NCBI GenBank assembly: GCA_027622665.1
Contig: JAQBYT010000009.1
Span: forward strand, 57,271-121,270
Source: Verrucomicrobiota bacterium
GTDB taxonomy: Bacteria; Verrucomicrobiota; Verrucomicrobiia; Opitutales; Seribacteraceae
DNA: 64,000 bases
Direction of reading: 5' to 3'
Within the stretch, counting starts at the first letter, position 1, and each line of letters begins with the position of its first letter. Positions 39,096 through 48,852 of the stretch are shown piece after piece. The notes below the pieces were generated by a model. That model made no database searches, was not told the origin of the DNA, and worked only from the letters and a program-made list of their open reading frames with translations. The position numbers and the translations under genes are program-made.

Positions 39096-40973
39096 TTATT
39101 CCGATTCCGAGCCGCTGCTTTTATCATCTCTTCGTCCGCGTCCGCCGCCAGATCGTCCTCTGCCTCCGCTACGGCGTCCTCGGTTTTCACCGCCTTGTCG
39201 TTCGCGATCTTCTCTGTCTTTTCTTCCAGCCCCGTCACTACTTTTGCGTGATCCACTTCCACCGCCTTGTCGGCGTACACGGTTGTCCATCGCCGCCACC
39301 TTTTTTTCAAGTCGGCTTGTTTTTAGATGAAAATGTCCGATTACAAGCATGACCCCGTAGATGATGAGAGCGTACTTGCCGAAGGCGACGTCGCCCCACT
39401 TTTTGTTCCAGGCGACATAGACGGCCGCAGTACCCATGATGGCGAGGGCAAACAGCATTCCGGCGTTCCAGATTAATCTGAAACCACCTAACGGTCGTTC
39501 GCGCCCCAGCACTTTCTTACTGTTCATCAGTAAAAAGAAGCTCAGGTAGGCCACGGGGATAAGCGTAAATCCAAAAATAGACGTCGGAATAGCCAACCAA
39601 AAAGCCGCGTCACCCCAAACGAAAGGACCTAAAACTCCCACCCCGGCAAGTAATGCTCCGAGAATGAAGGGTTTTCCTTTGTGAGGCACCCCCATGACTT
39701 CGCAGATAGCGTGTCCGTTGATCGTCATCAGTATGATTATGGTCGATAAAGCCATGCCGAGCACTCCGATTCCGAAGATCCAGTGAGAGAATACCTTGCC
39801 GGTCAGGTTTTCCAAGGACTTGGCGAGGTTCAATGCGTCTCGTTTAACGAGCATTGCGGCCATGTTTTTGTCGGCGTCGGACAAACCTTTTCGAAATTCC
39901 TGTTTCTGGACAGGGGCCATTTTACCGAATGACTCGGCACCGTGCTCTAGACTCAATCGGTCATTTACTAGCGCTTCGTATCTTTTTTCCAGATTTCCTT
40001 CGAGAATGCGTTTCTCATAGTCGACGTATGCCGATTGCGGTTTGACGTTGAATTGGGATCCTGCAGCGATAACTACGCAGGAAGTGGCTACGACGTAGGG
40101 GATCAGCAAGGCCGTCCAAAGATCGAACTTAGCAAGTCCGCGATGTTCCCGGCCCCAGCGTCTGCGCAACAGGATGAAAGGCATGAAGAAGGTCATGTTG
40201 ATGCCTACCGCAGTGGCTGCAGCTGAAATCATCACGTCTTTCTGCATGTTTACGATCCGAGATTTCCAGAATTCACTGAATTCACCTGTGGCTGCTAGCG
40301 CATCGTCGTACTTTGCCGAGGGTTCCGAGAACAGCGAGGGATCAGGGATGAAACCTGCGGCAATTTCGGACCATGGCAGCTTGCCGGAAGCTCCCATCTT
40401 CACCACCACTCCCACAAACGCCAAAACGATAATGGCGACCATGAGCTTGAGGATACGGTCGAAAGCTTTTGCTCCCTTTGCTCCTCTGTCATAGGCGAGG
40501 ATGGCGCCTATGGCGGCGGCGAGCAGGAGTACGCATACTAGAACCTTGCCCCATGTGTTGTTTAATGCAGGAAACAGGTTCTGAGTGGCGGCAGCCGTGC
40601 CGAGGGAAAATTGAGGGAGACACCAGACCATGTTGGCCAGAATAGTCGCTATGGCCCATCCCCAGCCGAGCACGGGGTTTATCTCCTCGTTGATGGCCTT
40701 GAACGGGCTTTGTCCCGTGGACAAGGTGATATGGGATATGGCGCACAACATAATTACGCCGAGCACGATTGCTACTGGCTGGAGCCAAAGCAGTGAGTAC
40801 CCCGCGAGGACACCGAGAAATAGGCTGGAGGCAAGGGAACCACCGCCGAGAGTTATGGCGCTTTGTAGCCAGCCGGGGCCGGATAGTTTTACGTAGGTAC
40901 TTATTCGAGAACCAAAGCCCCCTAGTTCGGCTTCGCGCAGCATGACGCATTCGTCTTCAATTTTGGTAGGCAT
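39096..40973 (-). CDS. NRAMP/MntH-like superfamily membrane transporter with basic low-complexity tail
   Basis: GPGWLQSAITLGGGS; 11-12 TM segments; substrate not inferable. Confidence 0.8.
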   Translation of the reverse strand: MPTKIEDECVMLREAELGGFGSRISTYVKLSGPGWLQSAITLGGGSLASSLFLGVLAGYSLLWLQPVAIVLGVIMLCAISHITLSTGQSPFKAINEEINPVLGWGWAIATILANMVWCLPQFSLGTAAATQNLFPALNNTWGKVLVCVLLLAAAIGAILAYDRGAKGAKAFDRILKLMVAIIVLAFVGVVVKMGASGKLPWSEIAAGFIPDPSLFSEPSAKYDDALAATGEFSEFWKSRIVNMQKDVMISAAATAVGINMTFFMPFILLRRRWGREHRGLAKFDLWTALLIPYVVATSCVVIAAGSQFNVKPQSAYVDYEKRILEGNLEKRYEALVNDRLSLEHGAESFGKMAPVQKQEFRKGLSDADKNMAAMLVKRDALNLAKSLENLTGKVFSHWIFGIGVLGMALSTIIILMTINGHAICEVMGVPHKGKPFILGALLAGVGVLGPFVWGDAAFWLAIPTSIFGFTLIPVAYLSFFLLMNSKKVLGRERPLGGFRLIWNAGMLFALAIMGTAAVYVAWNKKWGDVAFGKYALIIYGVMLVIGHFHLKTSRLEKKVAAMDNRVRRQGGGSGSRKSSDGAGRKDREDRERQGGENRGRRSGGRGRSGGGRGRRDDKSSGSESE

Positions 40974-41067
40974 GGGATTGATACTATGTGTATTGGGTTC
41001 TTGGTAGAACGCTGGTAGTCACCGCGTTTTCTAAGGTTGCGGTGAGGCGGGTGTAGCCTTCGGGCTT

Positions 41068-41544
41068 TTATTTTACGGTCATTACGCCTCGCATCAAGGC
41101 GAAGTGGCCCGGGAAGGTGCATACGTACTCGTAGCTTCCGGATTCTTTGGGTGCGGTGAATACGACGGTGTCGGTTTCGCCTGGACCTAGAAGTTTAGTA
41201 TGCGCCAAGACGTCGCTTTTGATCGAGTCGGGGAGGCCGTTGGTGGCGTTTGCTCCGGCTCCGAGAGCCTTTTGGCCAAAGGCGAATGCGGTTATGCCTT
41301 TCTTCAGGATTACTATATTGTGGCCCATGGCGATTTTAGGAACTACGCCAATGTTCTTGAGCACGATTTTCACTTTCGACCCCGCCTTCACCTCGAAGGT
41401 CTTTATGTCGAATTGCATGGTGTCGTTGCCTGAGATGGTCACGGTTTGATCAACCTTCTCATTCTTTGATTCTTTGGCTTTGGCATGCGAAATGCCCATG
41501 GCTATTAAAAAGGCGCATGTTGTAGCAATTGCGGTAAGTTTCAT
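41068..41544 (-). CDS. Azurin-like blue copper protein
   Basis: Signal peptide; GND.MQFD, MGHNIV, YEYVCTFPGHFALM. Confidence 0.9.
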   Translation of the reverse strand: MKLTAIATTCAFLIAMGISHAKAKESKNEKVDQTVTISGNDTMQFDIKTFEVKAGSKVKIVLKNIGVVPKIAMGHNIVILKKGITAFAFGQKALGAGANATNGLPDSIKSDVLAHTKLLGPGETDTVVFTAPKESGSYEYVCTFPGHFALMRGVMTVK

Positions 41545-41661
41545 ATGGATGAATGTATAGTAGGAAAGGGGGCAGAGACAAACGAAATGGTAATGAAACT
41601 GCAACCCGAAAGCCTTTGCAATCGCTAGTTTAGCGAGGAGAGCTTGCGGATGCTAAGAGGG

Positions 41662-43179
41662 TTACCCCGTTTTGCCGGTAGGCATGTAGCGATAGTACAC
41701 TTCCAGCATGAGAATCGTCATTGTAGTTCGATAGATATCGGAGTCTCCGTGGTAGTGAGCCCCGTGTGGCCAATGCCCGTCGGATTCCTGAGCCCCGCAT
41801 ACGATTTGCTGAAAGTTTTTGTTCCAAGCTCTCCAGTACTTCTGCCCGCCGCTCACGCCTGTCGCTTGAAAGCAGGCTTGGGCGTGGTAGTACCATTCGT
41901 AAACGTTGACACTTTTCCATTCTGTGGCTTGGTTGGCGATTATCCACTCCAGCCCTTTCTGGGCCTCTTGCGATTTGGCGTTTTTCCAAATTTGCAGACA
42001 GAGAACTCCGGCTCCCGTGAGGCTCGCCTTTCCACCAGAACCGATCTTGTAAGCGAACTTCCCGGTGGCATCCTGACATTTCTTAGTGTACTCGACTGCC
42101 TTGTCCATGGCTTCGTCGAGGCCGTCGATGGAAATTCCCGTGTAGGCGGCCGCCTTCAGTGCCTGAATGTTCCATCCTGTGACGGAAAGGTCGGTGTGAG
42201 CTCCAACTCCTTTTCCGTATCCATATGCCCAACCGCCGTTTTCGTTTTGCCCCTTTACGACGTGTTCGGAAGCTCGCTTGGCGAAAAGCTCGAGCTTCTT
42301 GATCTTGGTCATCGTGTAAGCTTCACACAGGGCGTAAGTCCTAATCGGATGGCTGTAAGATCCTTGATTCCCTCCTGCCATTTTCTCGGGCGGAGTAGAG
42401 GTAAGAAAGTTGATGGCTTTATGAACGGTGGGACCGAATGCCGGCGAATCCTGCAACTCGCAATGCCCGAGAAAGCTCAACAAGGCCATCGCCGTCATGG
42501 CGTTCTTGTCTTGCGGTGTTATTGCTCCCTCATCGCCTTTGGCGTCTCCACCCCAAGAGCCATCCTCCGCTTGGGTGTTTTTGAGCCAAGTCAATCCGCG
42601 AATGATGGCTGCTTCTGTAATGTCCTTGCCTCCACCCGAACGCAGTCTTTCAACCCGTTTTTTCGGGTCGCAGCGATTTTGCATGGTTTTGGGTAGATTG
42701 AGTCCGATTCCCTTGAGAGCGCTCTTCATGGCATCGTTGTTCATGCTGACTTCCCCTGTCTCGGGGGAAGCTACATCCACTACGGCAGCTAGGTCCTTAA
42801 CGTCGATTTCGTTGAGATCAGGCATTGCGATGTCGGAGATAGTCGTTGCCCGGAAAGTGGTTTTCACCGTTGGTTTCGCCTTTTTTTGGCGCTGCATCAG
42901 CTTAACTTTTTGCTGCTTCTGCTTTTGCTGGGTGGGAGCTACGCCTGCATCGGCGAAATCGGAAGAGCCTTCACCACCACCGCCGCCGGCCCAACCGACC
43001 GCCCACATTGCGGCCAAAAAAATTGTTACGGAAATGAGGGAAATAAGCAGGCTGTTGAGCAGACGGTATTCCCTGAGGTACTTGCCTAATGCACTTTCTA
43101 CCGGAGGGGCCACGGTTACGTGATCGTACTCTTCCTCCTCCATCGGGATGTCTTCGGGATGTTGGGCTTCCTGATCCAT
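41662..43179 (-). CDS. Membrane-anchored prenyltransferase/squalene-oxidase repeat protein
   Basis: N-terminal TM; WLKNTQAEDGSW, YSHPI.TYALCE, DLSVTGW, QESDGHW, LEVYYRY. Confidence 0.85.
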   Translation of the reverse strand: MDQEAQHPEDIPMEEEEYDHVTVAPPVESALGKYLREYRLLNSLLISLISVTIFLAAMWAVGWAGGGGGEGSSDFADAGVAPTQQKQKQQKVKLMQRQKKAKPTVKTTFRATTISDIAMPDLNEIDVKDLAAVVDVASPETGEVSMNNDAMKSALKGIGLNLPKTMQNRCDPKKRVERLRSGGGKDITEAAIIRGLTWLKNTQAEDGSWGGDAKGDEGAITPQDKNAMTAMALLSFLGHCELQDSPAFGPTVHKAINFLTSTPPEKMAGGNQGSYSHPIRTYALCEAYTMTKIKKLELFAKRASEHVVKGQNENGGWAYGYGKGVGAHTDLSVTGWNIQALKAAAYTGISIDGLDEAMDKAVEYTKKCQDATGKFAYKIGSGGKASLTGAGVLCLQIWKNAKSQEAQKGLEWIIANQATEWKSVNVYEWYYHAQACFQATGVSGGQKYWRAWNKNFQQIVCGAQESDGHWPHGAHYHGDSDIYRTTMTILMLEVYYRYMPTGKTG

Positions 43180-43443
43180 GGTATATTACTGGTAAGTGGT
43201 TTTATTTTGAATAATAATGTACGAGCGAACTTTCTCTAGGTCAAGTCCGGTCGCTGGCGTTGCTTTTCTGCACGCCGATCTATTTCGCGAACTGCATTTA
43301 GTTTCATTCATTGCTCGAGCCCTAATAATAAAATTCTTTAAATTATCTTATGGAGTAGTCTCGATTTTTACGTAATTTCAGGTAAGCTGTATGATTGTAA
43401 CTTGCGGTCTATTCAGTCTAGATTGATGTTTCTAATTATTCCA

Positions 43444-44193
43444 ATGCCTCTGAAATTCTTATATTCTTTCTTTTTTTGGGTTTTTGCGGCCATGATTTGT
43501 TCCTTCGTGTCGGGCCGGGATTCCCCACAGGACAGTAATGCCAGCATCAAACAGGAACAGGCACCCAAGATTGAGCGAGTTGCCTCGGGTGTATATCGGG
43601 TAGAGACCATACTTTTAGACAAGAACAGGAACCAAGTTTCCTTTCCTGCCGTAGTCAATCAGGTTCATGGTCTAGTCGAGTACGGAATCGTTCACGAGAA
43701 CGGCAAGACCCACGAATCCCTCTTTCGTACGAAAGTTCGGCCAATTCATCTGAACTTCGTGCTTCTGTTGGCCAAGTTGAAGCCCGCCAAGGGTTTTATC
43801 GAAAATCTTTGGGCGGAAAAACCCAAACCGATGGATGTGAGAGCTCACACGGTCGCCATAGACGTTTCCTGGGACTTCAATGGCTCGAAGGGCATCGTCT
43901 CCCTCGGATCGCTTGCGCTTAATGAACAGGACGACCAACCGATTGGGCCCAATGCCTTCGTCTTCACCGGTTCCAAGTTTCTCGGCGGTGATTTTCAAGC
44001 CGAGTCGACTGGTTCGATCCTTGCCGTTTATGCCGACGATACGTCCATGATAAATAGCGCCGACTACGACAGCAATAACGACGACGTATGGTACGCCAAC
44101 AAAAAGTCCTTACCTCCTCTGGAGACTCCTGTACTGATTACTTTGAAATTACCGAATAACGATCCGAACCCAAAACCGTTGCCACGACCATGA
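43444..44193 (+). CDS. YdjY-like exported protein
   Basis: VSFPAVVN...LVEY.IV...GKTHESL, FVFTGS, LPPLETPV.I. Confidence 0.75.
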   Translation: MPLKFLYSFFFWVFAAMICSFVSGRDSPQDSNASIKQEQAPKIERVASGVYRVETILLDKNRNQVSFPAVVNQVHGLVEYGIVHENGKTHESLFRTKVRPIHLNFVLLLAKLKPAKGFIENLWAEKPKPMDVRAHTVAIDVSWDFNGSKGIVSLGSLALNEQDDQPIGPNAFVFTGSKFLGGDFQAESTGSILAVYADDTSMINSADYDSNNDDVWYANKKSLPPLETPVLITLKLPNNDPNPKPLPRP

Positions 44194-45362
44194 AGCCAAT
44201 TTGTTTTTTCTCCATCTGCCTTGGACTTTTCCTTTCTGTTTTTTCCGGTTTTGGCGCACCCAAAGTCGAAGAGACGGTTGAGGATCGAAACAACCTTTCT
44301 CTTCGCAACGAAGTGGGGCGAGCCATCGAGAGGGGCGTGAAATGGCTCGCGACTGAACAAAACGCCACCTCCGGTCTTTGGGGGGGCGAAGAGTATCCGG
44401 CCATCACAGGCCTTTCTCTGCGAGCCATACTTGGAGATCCTGCCCGCAGAAACGGCGACAAATATTCTGCCGCCCTAGACAAAGGTTACTCTTTCATTCT
44501 TTCCAAAACCCAGAGTGATGGGGGTATCTACGGCAAAGGCCTCGCCTCTTACAATACTTCCATTTGCCTGATGGCCCTCCTGCAGCGCAAGAAACCCGAG
44601 TACAAACCGGTTATTCTCAAAGCCCGTAACTTTCTCATTAATCAACAGCATGATTTCGACTCTCGCGGAAAAAACGACAATGTTTTCGACGGGGGGATTG
44701 GTTATGGCGCCCGATGGGCTCACTCCGATCTTTCCAATACTCACCTCGCAATGGAAGCGCTCTTCTACACCAAGAAAATGATCGAAACCGAGGAGGGCGA
44801 CAAACTTGACCTGGATTGGAAAGCGGCCATCGCCTTTGTCGAAAAATGCCAGAATCTTCCCGGAAACAATAAAGAGAAGTGGGTTAGCGAAGATCCTTCG
44901 GACCGTGGCGGCTTCGTGTATTTTCCGGGTAGCAGTATGGCGGGCGAGCGAAAGCTGGCCGGCGGCAAGGTGGCTTTGCGTTCCTACGGAAGTATGAGTT
45001 ATGCCGGCATGCTTAGTTTCATTTATGCTGAAATGGATCCCAAGGATGACCGTGTGAAAGCCGTTAGGGATTGGCTCTCCCAAAACTACAGCGTGAAGGA
45101 GAATCCCGGTCTTGGTCCTCAGGGCATGTTCTATTATTTTCATACCATGGCAAAAGCCCTTTCTCTTTCCGGTTCTGAAAAGATAAAGGCCAAGGATGGT
45201 TCCCTCCATGATTGGCGGCATGAACTTGCCCGGAAACTTTTCGACCTGCAGAACCAAAAGGGTTACTGGCTTAATGAAAATGGACGATGGTGGGAGCGCG
45301 ACCCTGTACTCGTTACCTCTTACGCCTTACTCACTCTTGAACGTATTTACTACAGTCTGTAG
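44190..45362 (+). CDS. Secreted prenyltransferase/squalene-oxidase repeat protein
   Basis: ATGA overlap; QSDGGIY, DLSNT, GGFVYFPG, SYGSMSYAG, WWERDPVLVTSYA. Confidence 0.85.
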   Translation: MKPICFFSICLGLFLSVFSGFGAPKVEETVEDRNNLSLRNEVGRAIERGVKWLATEQNATSGLWGGEEYPAITGLSLRAILGDPARRNGDKYSAALDKGYSFILSKTQSDGGIYGKGLASYNTSICLMALLQRKKPEYKPVILKARNFLINQQHDFDSRGKNDNVFDGGIGYGARWAHSDLSNTHLAMEALFYTKKMIETEEGDKLDLDWKAAIAFVEKCQNLPGNNKEKWVSEDPSDRGGFVYFPGSSMAGERKLAGGKVALRSYGSMSYAGMLSFIYAEMDPKDDRVKAVRDWLSQNYSVKENPGLGPQGMFYYFHTMAKALSLSGSEKIKAKDGSLHDWRHELARKLFDLQNQKGYWLNENGRWWERDPVLVTSYALLTLERIYYSL

Positions 45363-45366
45363 CTTT

Positions 45367-46008
45367 TTGCCTCTTCCTTTCCTTCGATCCGGACATTTGT
45401 CCTTTCGAGCGACATTGTGTATCCTGCTGTTCCTGTTCCCGGCTTTTGCTCAAAGCGCTACTGAAAAGTCGGTAATCGTTCCAAGCAACCCCGGCGATTC
45501 TCGAAGCTTTGCCAAGGTAGGTACGGGTTTGATTTTTGCAGATCTTCGCGAAGGAGATTCTCGTGAACTCGTATTAAAAAAACTTAAAGCAGCGAAATTT
45601 CGTGAAATTCATGAAGAAAAGGAAAAACGTCTGATCCGTTGCGCTGCCAAATTGAATGGCTTTCGCTACGAACTTGCCTGCAAGCTTGACGAGGAGGGCA
45701 AGCTTTTGCTCTGTCTCCTCGAAGGAAGCAAGGGTTGGCAATTTTCTTTTTACGATGAAACCCTTGAACCTCAGTGGAACAACCTTCGGGGGCTTTTGTC
45801 GGCGTTTTACGGCCCGAAGCGTTCTTCTCGACCACTTCCGCCACTCGACAAGGTGCCCATGGGAGACCCCGGCGGATACGTGACCGATACTTGGGAACTG
45901 CCCGATCGTATTCTCCTGCTCACCGTACAGGCATTTCAAGTCAAGGATTGCTGTACCAAGCGGATGGTGGAGTACTCCGGTTGCACCTTGCTCATTCAGC
46001 CCAAGTAA
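45367..46008 (+). CDS. Secreted hypothetical protein (start uncertain)
   Basis: Signal-like LCILLFLFPAFA; in-frame TTG starts at 45367 and 45397. Confidence 0.6.
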   Translation: MPLPFLRSGHLSFRATLCILLFLFPAFAQSATEKSVIVPSNPGDSRSFAKVGTGLIFADLREGDSRELVLKKLKAAKFREIHEEKEKRLIRCAAKLNGFRYELACKLDEEGKLLLCLLEGSKGWQFSFYDETLEPQWNNLRGLLSAFYGPKRSSRPLPPLDKVPMGDPGGYVTDTWELPDRILLLTVQAFQVKDCCTKRMVEYSGCTLLIQPK

Positions 46009-46112
46009 ATGTTGTAGCCTTCGCTTGCCTGTGTTTTGCGATGACTTCCGTTTCTCGTAGTTGAAAAATCTTCGAAAATGGGCATCCTGCTCCATTTCCT
46101 CCAAATCAACCC

Positions 46113-47054
46113 ATGGGTATTTTTTCAAAATTTCGAGCCGGATTCCGACAAGGTAGTAAAGCTATTCGCGGTGCTTTCGATCTTCTTTCCGGTCGAGGGA
46201 AACTAGACGAAGACACGCTTCTTGAGCTTGAGGAAGCCCTTTATGGAAGCGATTTCGGCGTAGAGACGACTGAGGAAATTCTCGATGGCATTCGCGAAGC
46301 TCACCGTAAGGACAAGGAACTCCGCGGTAAGGACGCCATCGTGTTGGCGAGAACGATCCTCACTCGAGTCTTGGAAGGGGCCGAAAGTGGTTTCGCTCCA
46401 AGTGAATCGCTCGAAGACAAACCCGAGGTCGTCTGCTTGATTGGGGTAAACGGTTCCGGCAAAACTACGACCTGTGCCAAGCTCGGGCACCTCTGGACGA
46501 ATGCCGGTAATTCCGTCCTTCTTGGAGCCTGTGACACTTTTCGAGCCGCCGCGACCGAGCAATTGAAGAGTTGGTCAACCCGTTTGAGCCTTGACATCGT
46601 GGCGGGGCATCACGGATCTGATGCCGCCGCAGTCGCTTATGATGCTTATGCGGCGGCAGAATCACGGGGTCACGATCTTTTGCTTTTGGATACTGCTGGT
46701 CGCCTGCACGTCAAGGAGGGGCTAATGGAGGAGCTCTACAAGATGCGACGAGTTCTCCAAAAGAAGAATCCTGCCGCTCCGCACCATTCTTGGCTGGTTG
46801 TTGATGGATCTACGGGAGTGAATGCCGTCGAACAGGCACGCGTCTTTCATAAGAAATTCGGTCTATCCGGACTGGTTGTGACTAAGCTCGACGGGACCTC
46901 CAAGGGTGGAGCCATCGTAGGCATTTATCGAGAGCTGAAAATCCCCATTCACTTTGTAGGCCTTGGAGAAGCTCCTGATGACCTACAGCCTTTTTCGGTC
47001 GACCATTACGTGGATTCGATTCTTCCTTTGGAGGTCGAAACAGTCGAAGATTAG
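46113..47054 (+). CDS. ftsY: Signal recognition particle receptor FtsY
   Basis: GVNGSGKTTT, DTFRAAA, DTAGR, TKLDGTSKGG. Confidence 0.97.
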   Translation: MGIFSKFRAGFRQGSKAIRGAFDLLSGRGKLDEDTLLELEEALYGSDFGVETTEEILDGIREAHRKDKELRGKDAIVLARTILTRVLEGAESGFAPSESLEDKPEVVCLIGVNGSGKTTTCAKLGHLWTNAGNSVLLGACDTFRAAATEQLKSWSTRLSLDIVAGHHGSDAAAVAYDAYAAAESRGHDLLLLDTAGRLHVKEGLMEELYKMRRVLQKKNPAAPHHSWLVVDGSTGVNAVEQARVFHKKFGLSGLVVTKLDGTSKGGAIVGIYRELKIPIHFVGLGEAPDDLQPFSVDHYVDSILPLEVETVED

Positions 47055-47120
47055 AGTTTCTGCCTGGCTCCGGTTCATGTTTGTCATTTCCTTTTTTTTT
47101 CGCATGCTTTGGTGGAGTAG

Positions 47121-48230
47121 ATGGTTATGCAAGAAAAGGTGGTCCAACCATTGAGCGTTGGGTTGGGTGAACGTTCCTACGAGATTTTCGTTGGGCGTAA
47201 CCTTTCTGTTGAAATCCGGCGTATGGTTGAATCTCTGGGCGAAAGCAACCGCCGCTTCGTGGTGTTGGCGGACGAGCAACTGGCAACTCTTCAACCGACT
47301 TTTCTTACCGATGCGTTTGGCGATGGTCCAAGGCTTGAACTACCTTCCGGGGAAACCACGAAGTCTCTAGAAAAGCTTGGGCTTGTCTTGGATTTCCTTG
47401 CCAACTCAAAACTGGATCGTTCGGCTTGCGTCTTCGTGGTTGGGGGAGGGGTGACCGGGGACCTTGGCGGTTTTGCCGCAGCATCCTTCCTTCGCGGAAT
47501 CGATTTCATTCAAGTTCCGACCACCTTGTTGGCAATGGTCGATAGTTCCGTGGGAGGGAAAACGGGCATAAACCTCTCGGCGGGAAAGAACCTCGTGGGT
47601 GCTTTTCATCAACCTAGAGCGGTTTTTGCCGATGTGGATCTGCTTGCCTCATTGCCGCCTCGAGAATTTGCGGCGGGCATGGCGGAAGTAATCAAGTACG
47701 GACTCCTCGGCGATCGAGAGTTGTATGAGCGTCTACTCAAGTCGGAGACATTTACTGCGATCAGTCCTGAGATTGGGGATATCATTAAGCGTTGCTGTCA
47801 AAACAAAGCCCGAATTGTTGAAGGAGACGAGCGGGAAACCGATTCCGGGGTTGGTGGCCGAGCTCTGCTTAATCTTGGGCACACATTCGCTCACGCCATA
47901 GAGGCTGTCGCCGGGTATGGGGAATATTTGCATGGCGAAGCAGTGGCAATCGGGATGGTTTGCGCCCTTCGTCTTTCAGAAAAACTGGAATTTCTGGAAC
48001 TCGGGCATGGTCCCGAATTGGAGGCTTTGCTTGATCGACAAGGTTTGCCCACGGTTTTGCGTGCTCCTTTGGCGTTGAAACCGTTACTGCATGCGATGCA
48101 CTCGGACAAAAAGATCAAGGGTGGTATGCTTCGCTTTGTCGTGATGGATGCCGTTGGCGTGTCCCGCGTGGCAGAAGACGTTCCACTTTCACTTGTGGAG
48201 GACACTTGGCGAACGATTGGCGCCTCATAG
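47121..48230 (+). CDS. aroB: 3-dehydroquinate synthase
   Basis: GGGVTGDLGGF, PTTLLAMVDSSVGGKTG, LNLGHTFAHAIE, HGEAV. Confidence 0.97.
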   Translation: MVMQEKVVQPLSVGLGERSYEIFVGRNLSVEIRRMVESLGESNRRFVVLADEQLATLQPTFLTDAFGDGPRLELPSGETTKSLEKLGLVLDFLANSKLDRSACVFVVGGGVTGDLGGFAAASFLRGIDFIQVPTTLLAMVDSSVGGKTGINLSAGKNLVGAFHQPRAVFADVDLLASLPPREFAAGMAEVIKYGLLGDRELYERLLKSETFTAISPEIGDIIKRCCQNKARIVEGDERETDSGVGGRALLNLGHTFAHAIEAVAGYGEYLHGEAVAIGMVCALRLSEKLEFLELGHGPELEALLDRQGLPTVLRAPLALKPLLHAMHSDKKIKGGMLRFVVMDAVGVSRVAEDVPLSLVEDTWRTIGAS

Positions 48231-48240
48231 GGAATTGACG

Positions 48241-48852
48241 ATGGCGTGCTTCGAGGAAGAGGTGGTTCGAGCTTATTTCGAGGTGAACGGTTTTCTCGTT
48301 CGCTCGGCTGGGCATCCTTCCGAGGCGGGCAAAAAGAGGGCCGGTGCCTTGCCTACTCTGGCTGTCTTGAATCCGGAGGTGACGGAAAACGCCACCAATT
48401 TCAGTTTTCGCCTCTTTACCACTGACATCGGTAGGATTCGTGCCGCTATCGTTTCCATTCTGGGTTGGGATTCAATCGGTTTTTCGGCAAACTTACTTTC
48501 GAGCGATGCCGGTTTGCTGAAGTTCATAAAGGCGGAGGTCACGACCAAGCGCTTGAAATCCGGTTTTTCTCCCCCTGTCAATTTGCCGGAGGCTCGTATG
48601 GGCAATTGTTTACGACTGCTCGTGTTGCCTGCCTTGCCTAACGCGGAAGAAAAGATTAGAGAAGCACTGGAAGTGTTGCAAGAAGCCGGAGTACAAGGAG
48701 TCTACACTTTTCGCGTTATGCTGGAAAACTTATTAGGTCGAGTGAAACCCAATAGCGATTACTCGAAGTCGGAGTCGTTGCAAGCCCTTCGTTTTATAAA
48801 GGCCTACGGTCTTGCGAAGGAACCGCAACTCGAGATGTTCGGTGATGAATAG
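48241..48852 (+). CDS. Conserved hypothetical protein
   Basis: EEVVRAYFEVNGFLVR...QLEMF; fits tightly between aroB and lpxA. Confidence 0.7.
   Translation: MACFEEEVVRAYFEVNGFLVRSAGHPSEAGKKRAGALPTLAVLNPEVTENATNFSFRLFTTDIGRIRAAIVSILGWDSIGFSANLLSSDAGLLKFIKAEVTTKRLKSGFSPPVNLPEARMGNCLRLLVLPALPNAEEKIREALEVLQEAGVQGVYTFRVMLENLLGRVKPNSDYSKSESLQALRFIKAYGLAKEPQLEMFGDE

Noticed and set aside
40974..41067. Mn-sensing yybP-ykoY riboswitch upstream of the NRAMP-like gene
   Set aside because: Only two simple hairpins; the conserved riboswitch elements are not recognisable.
12508..45362. Squalene-hopene cyclase / terpene cluster
   Set aside because: The proteins are single exported barrels lacking DXDD, and no isoprenoid pathway genes are nearby.
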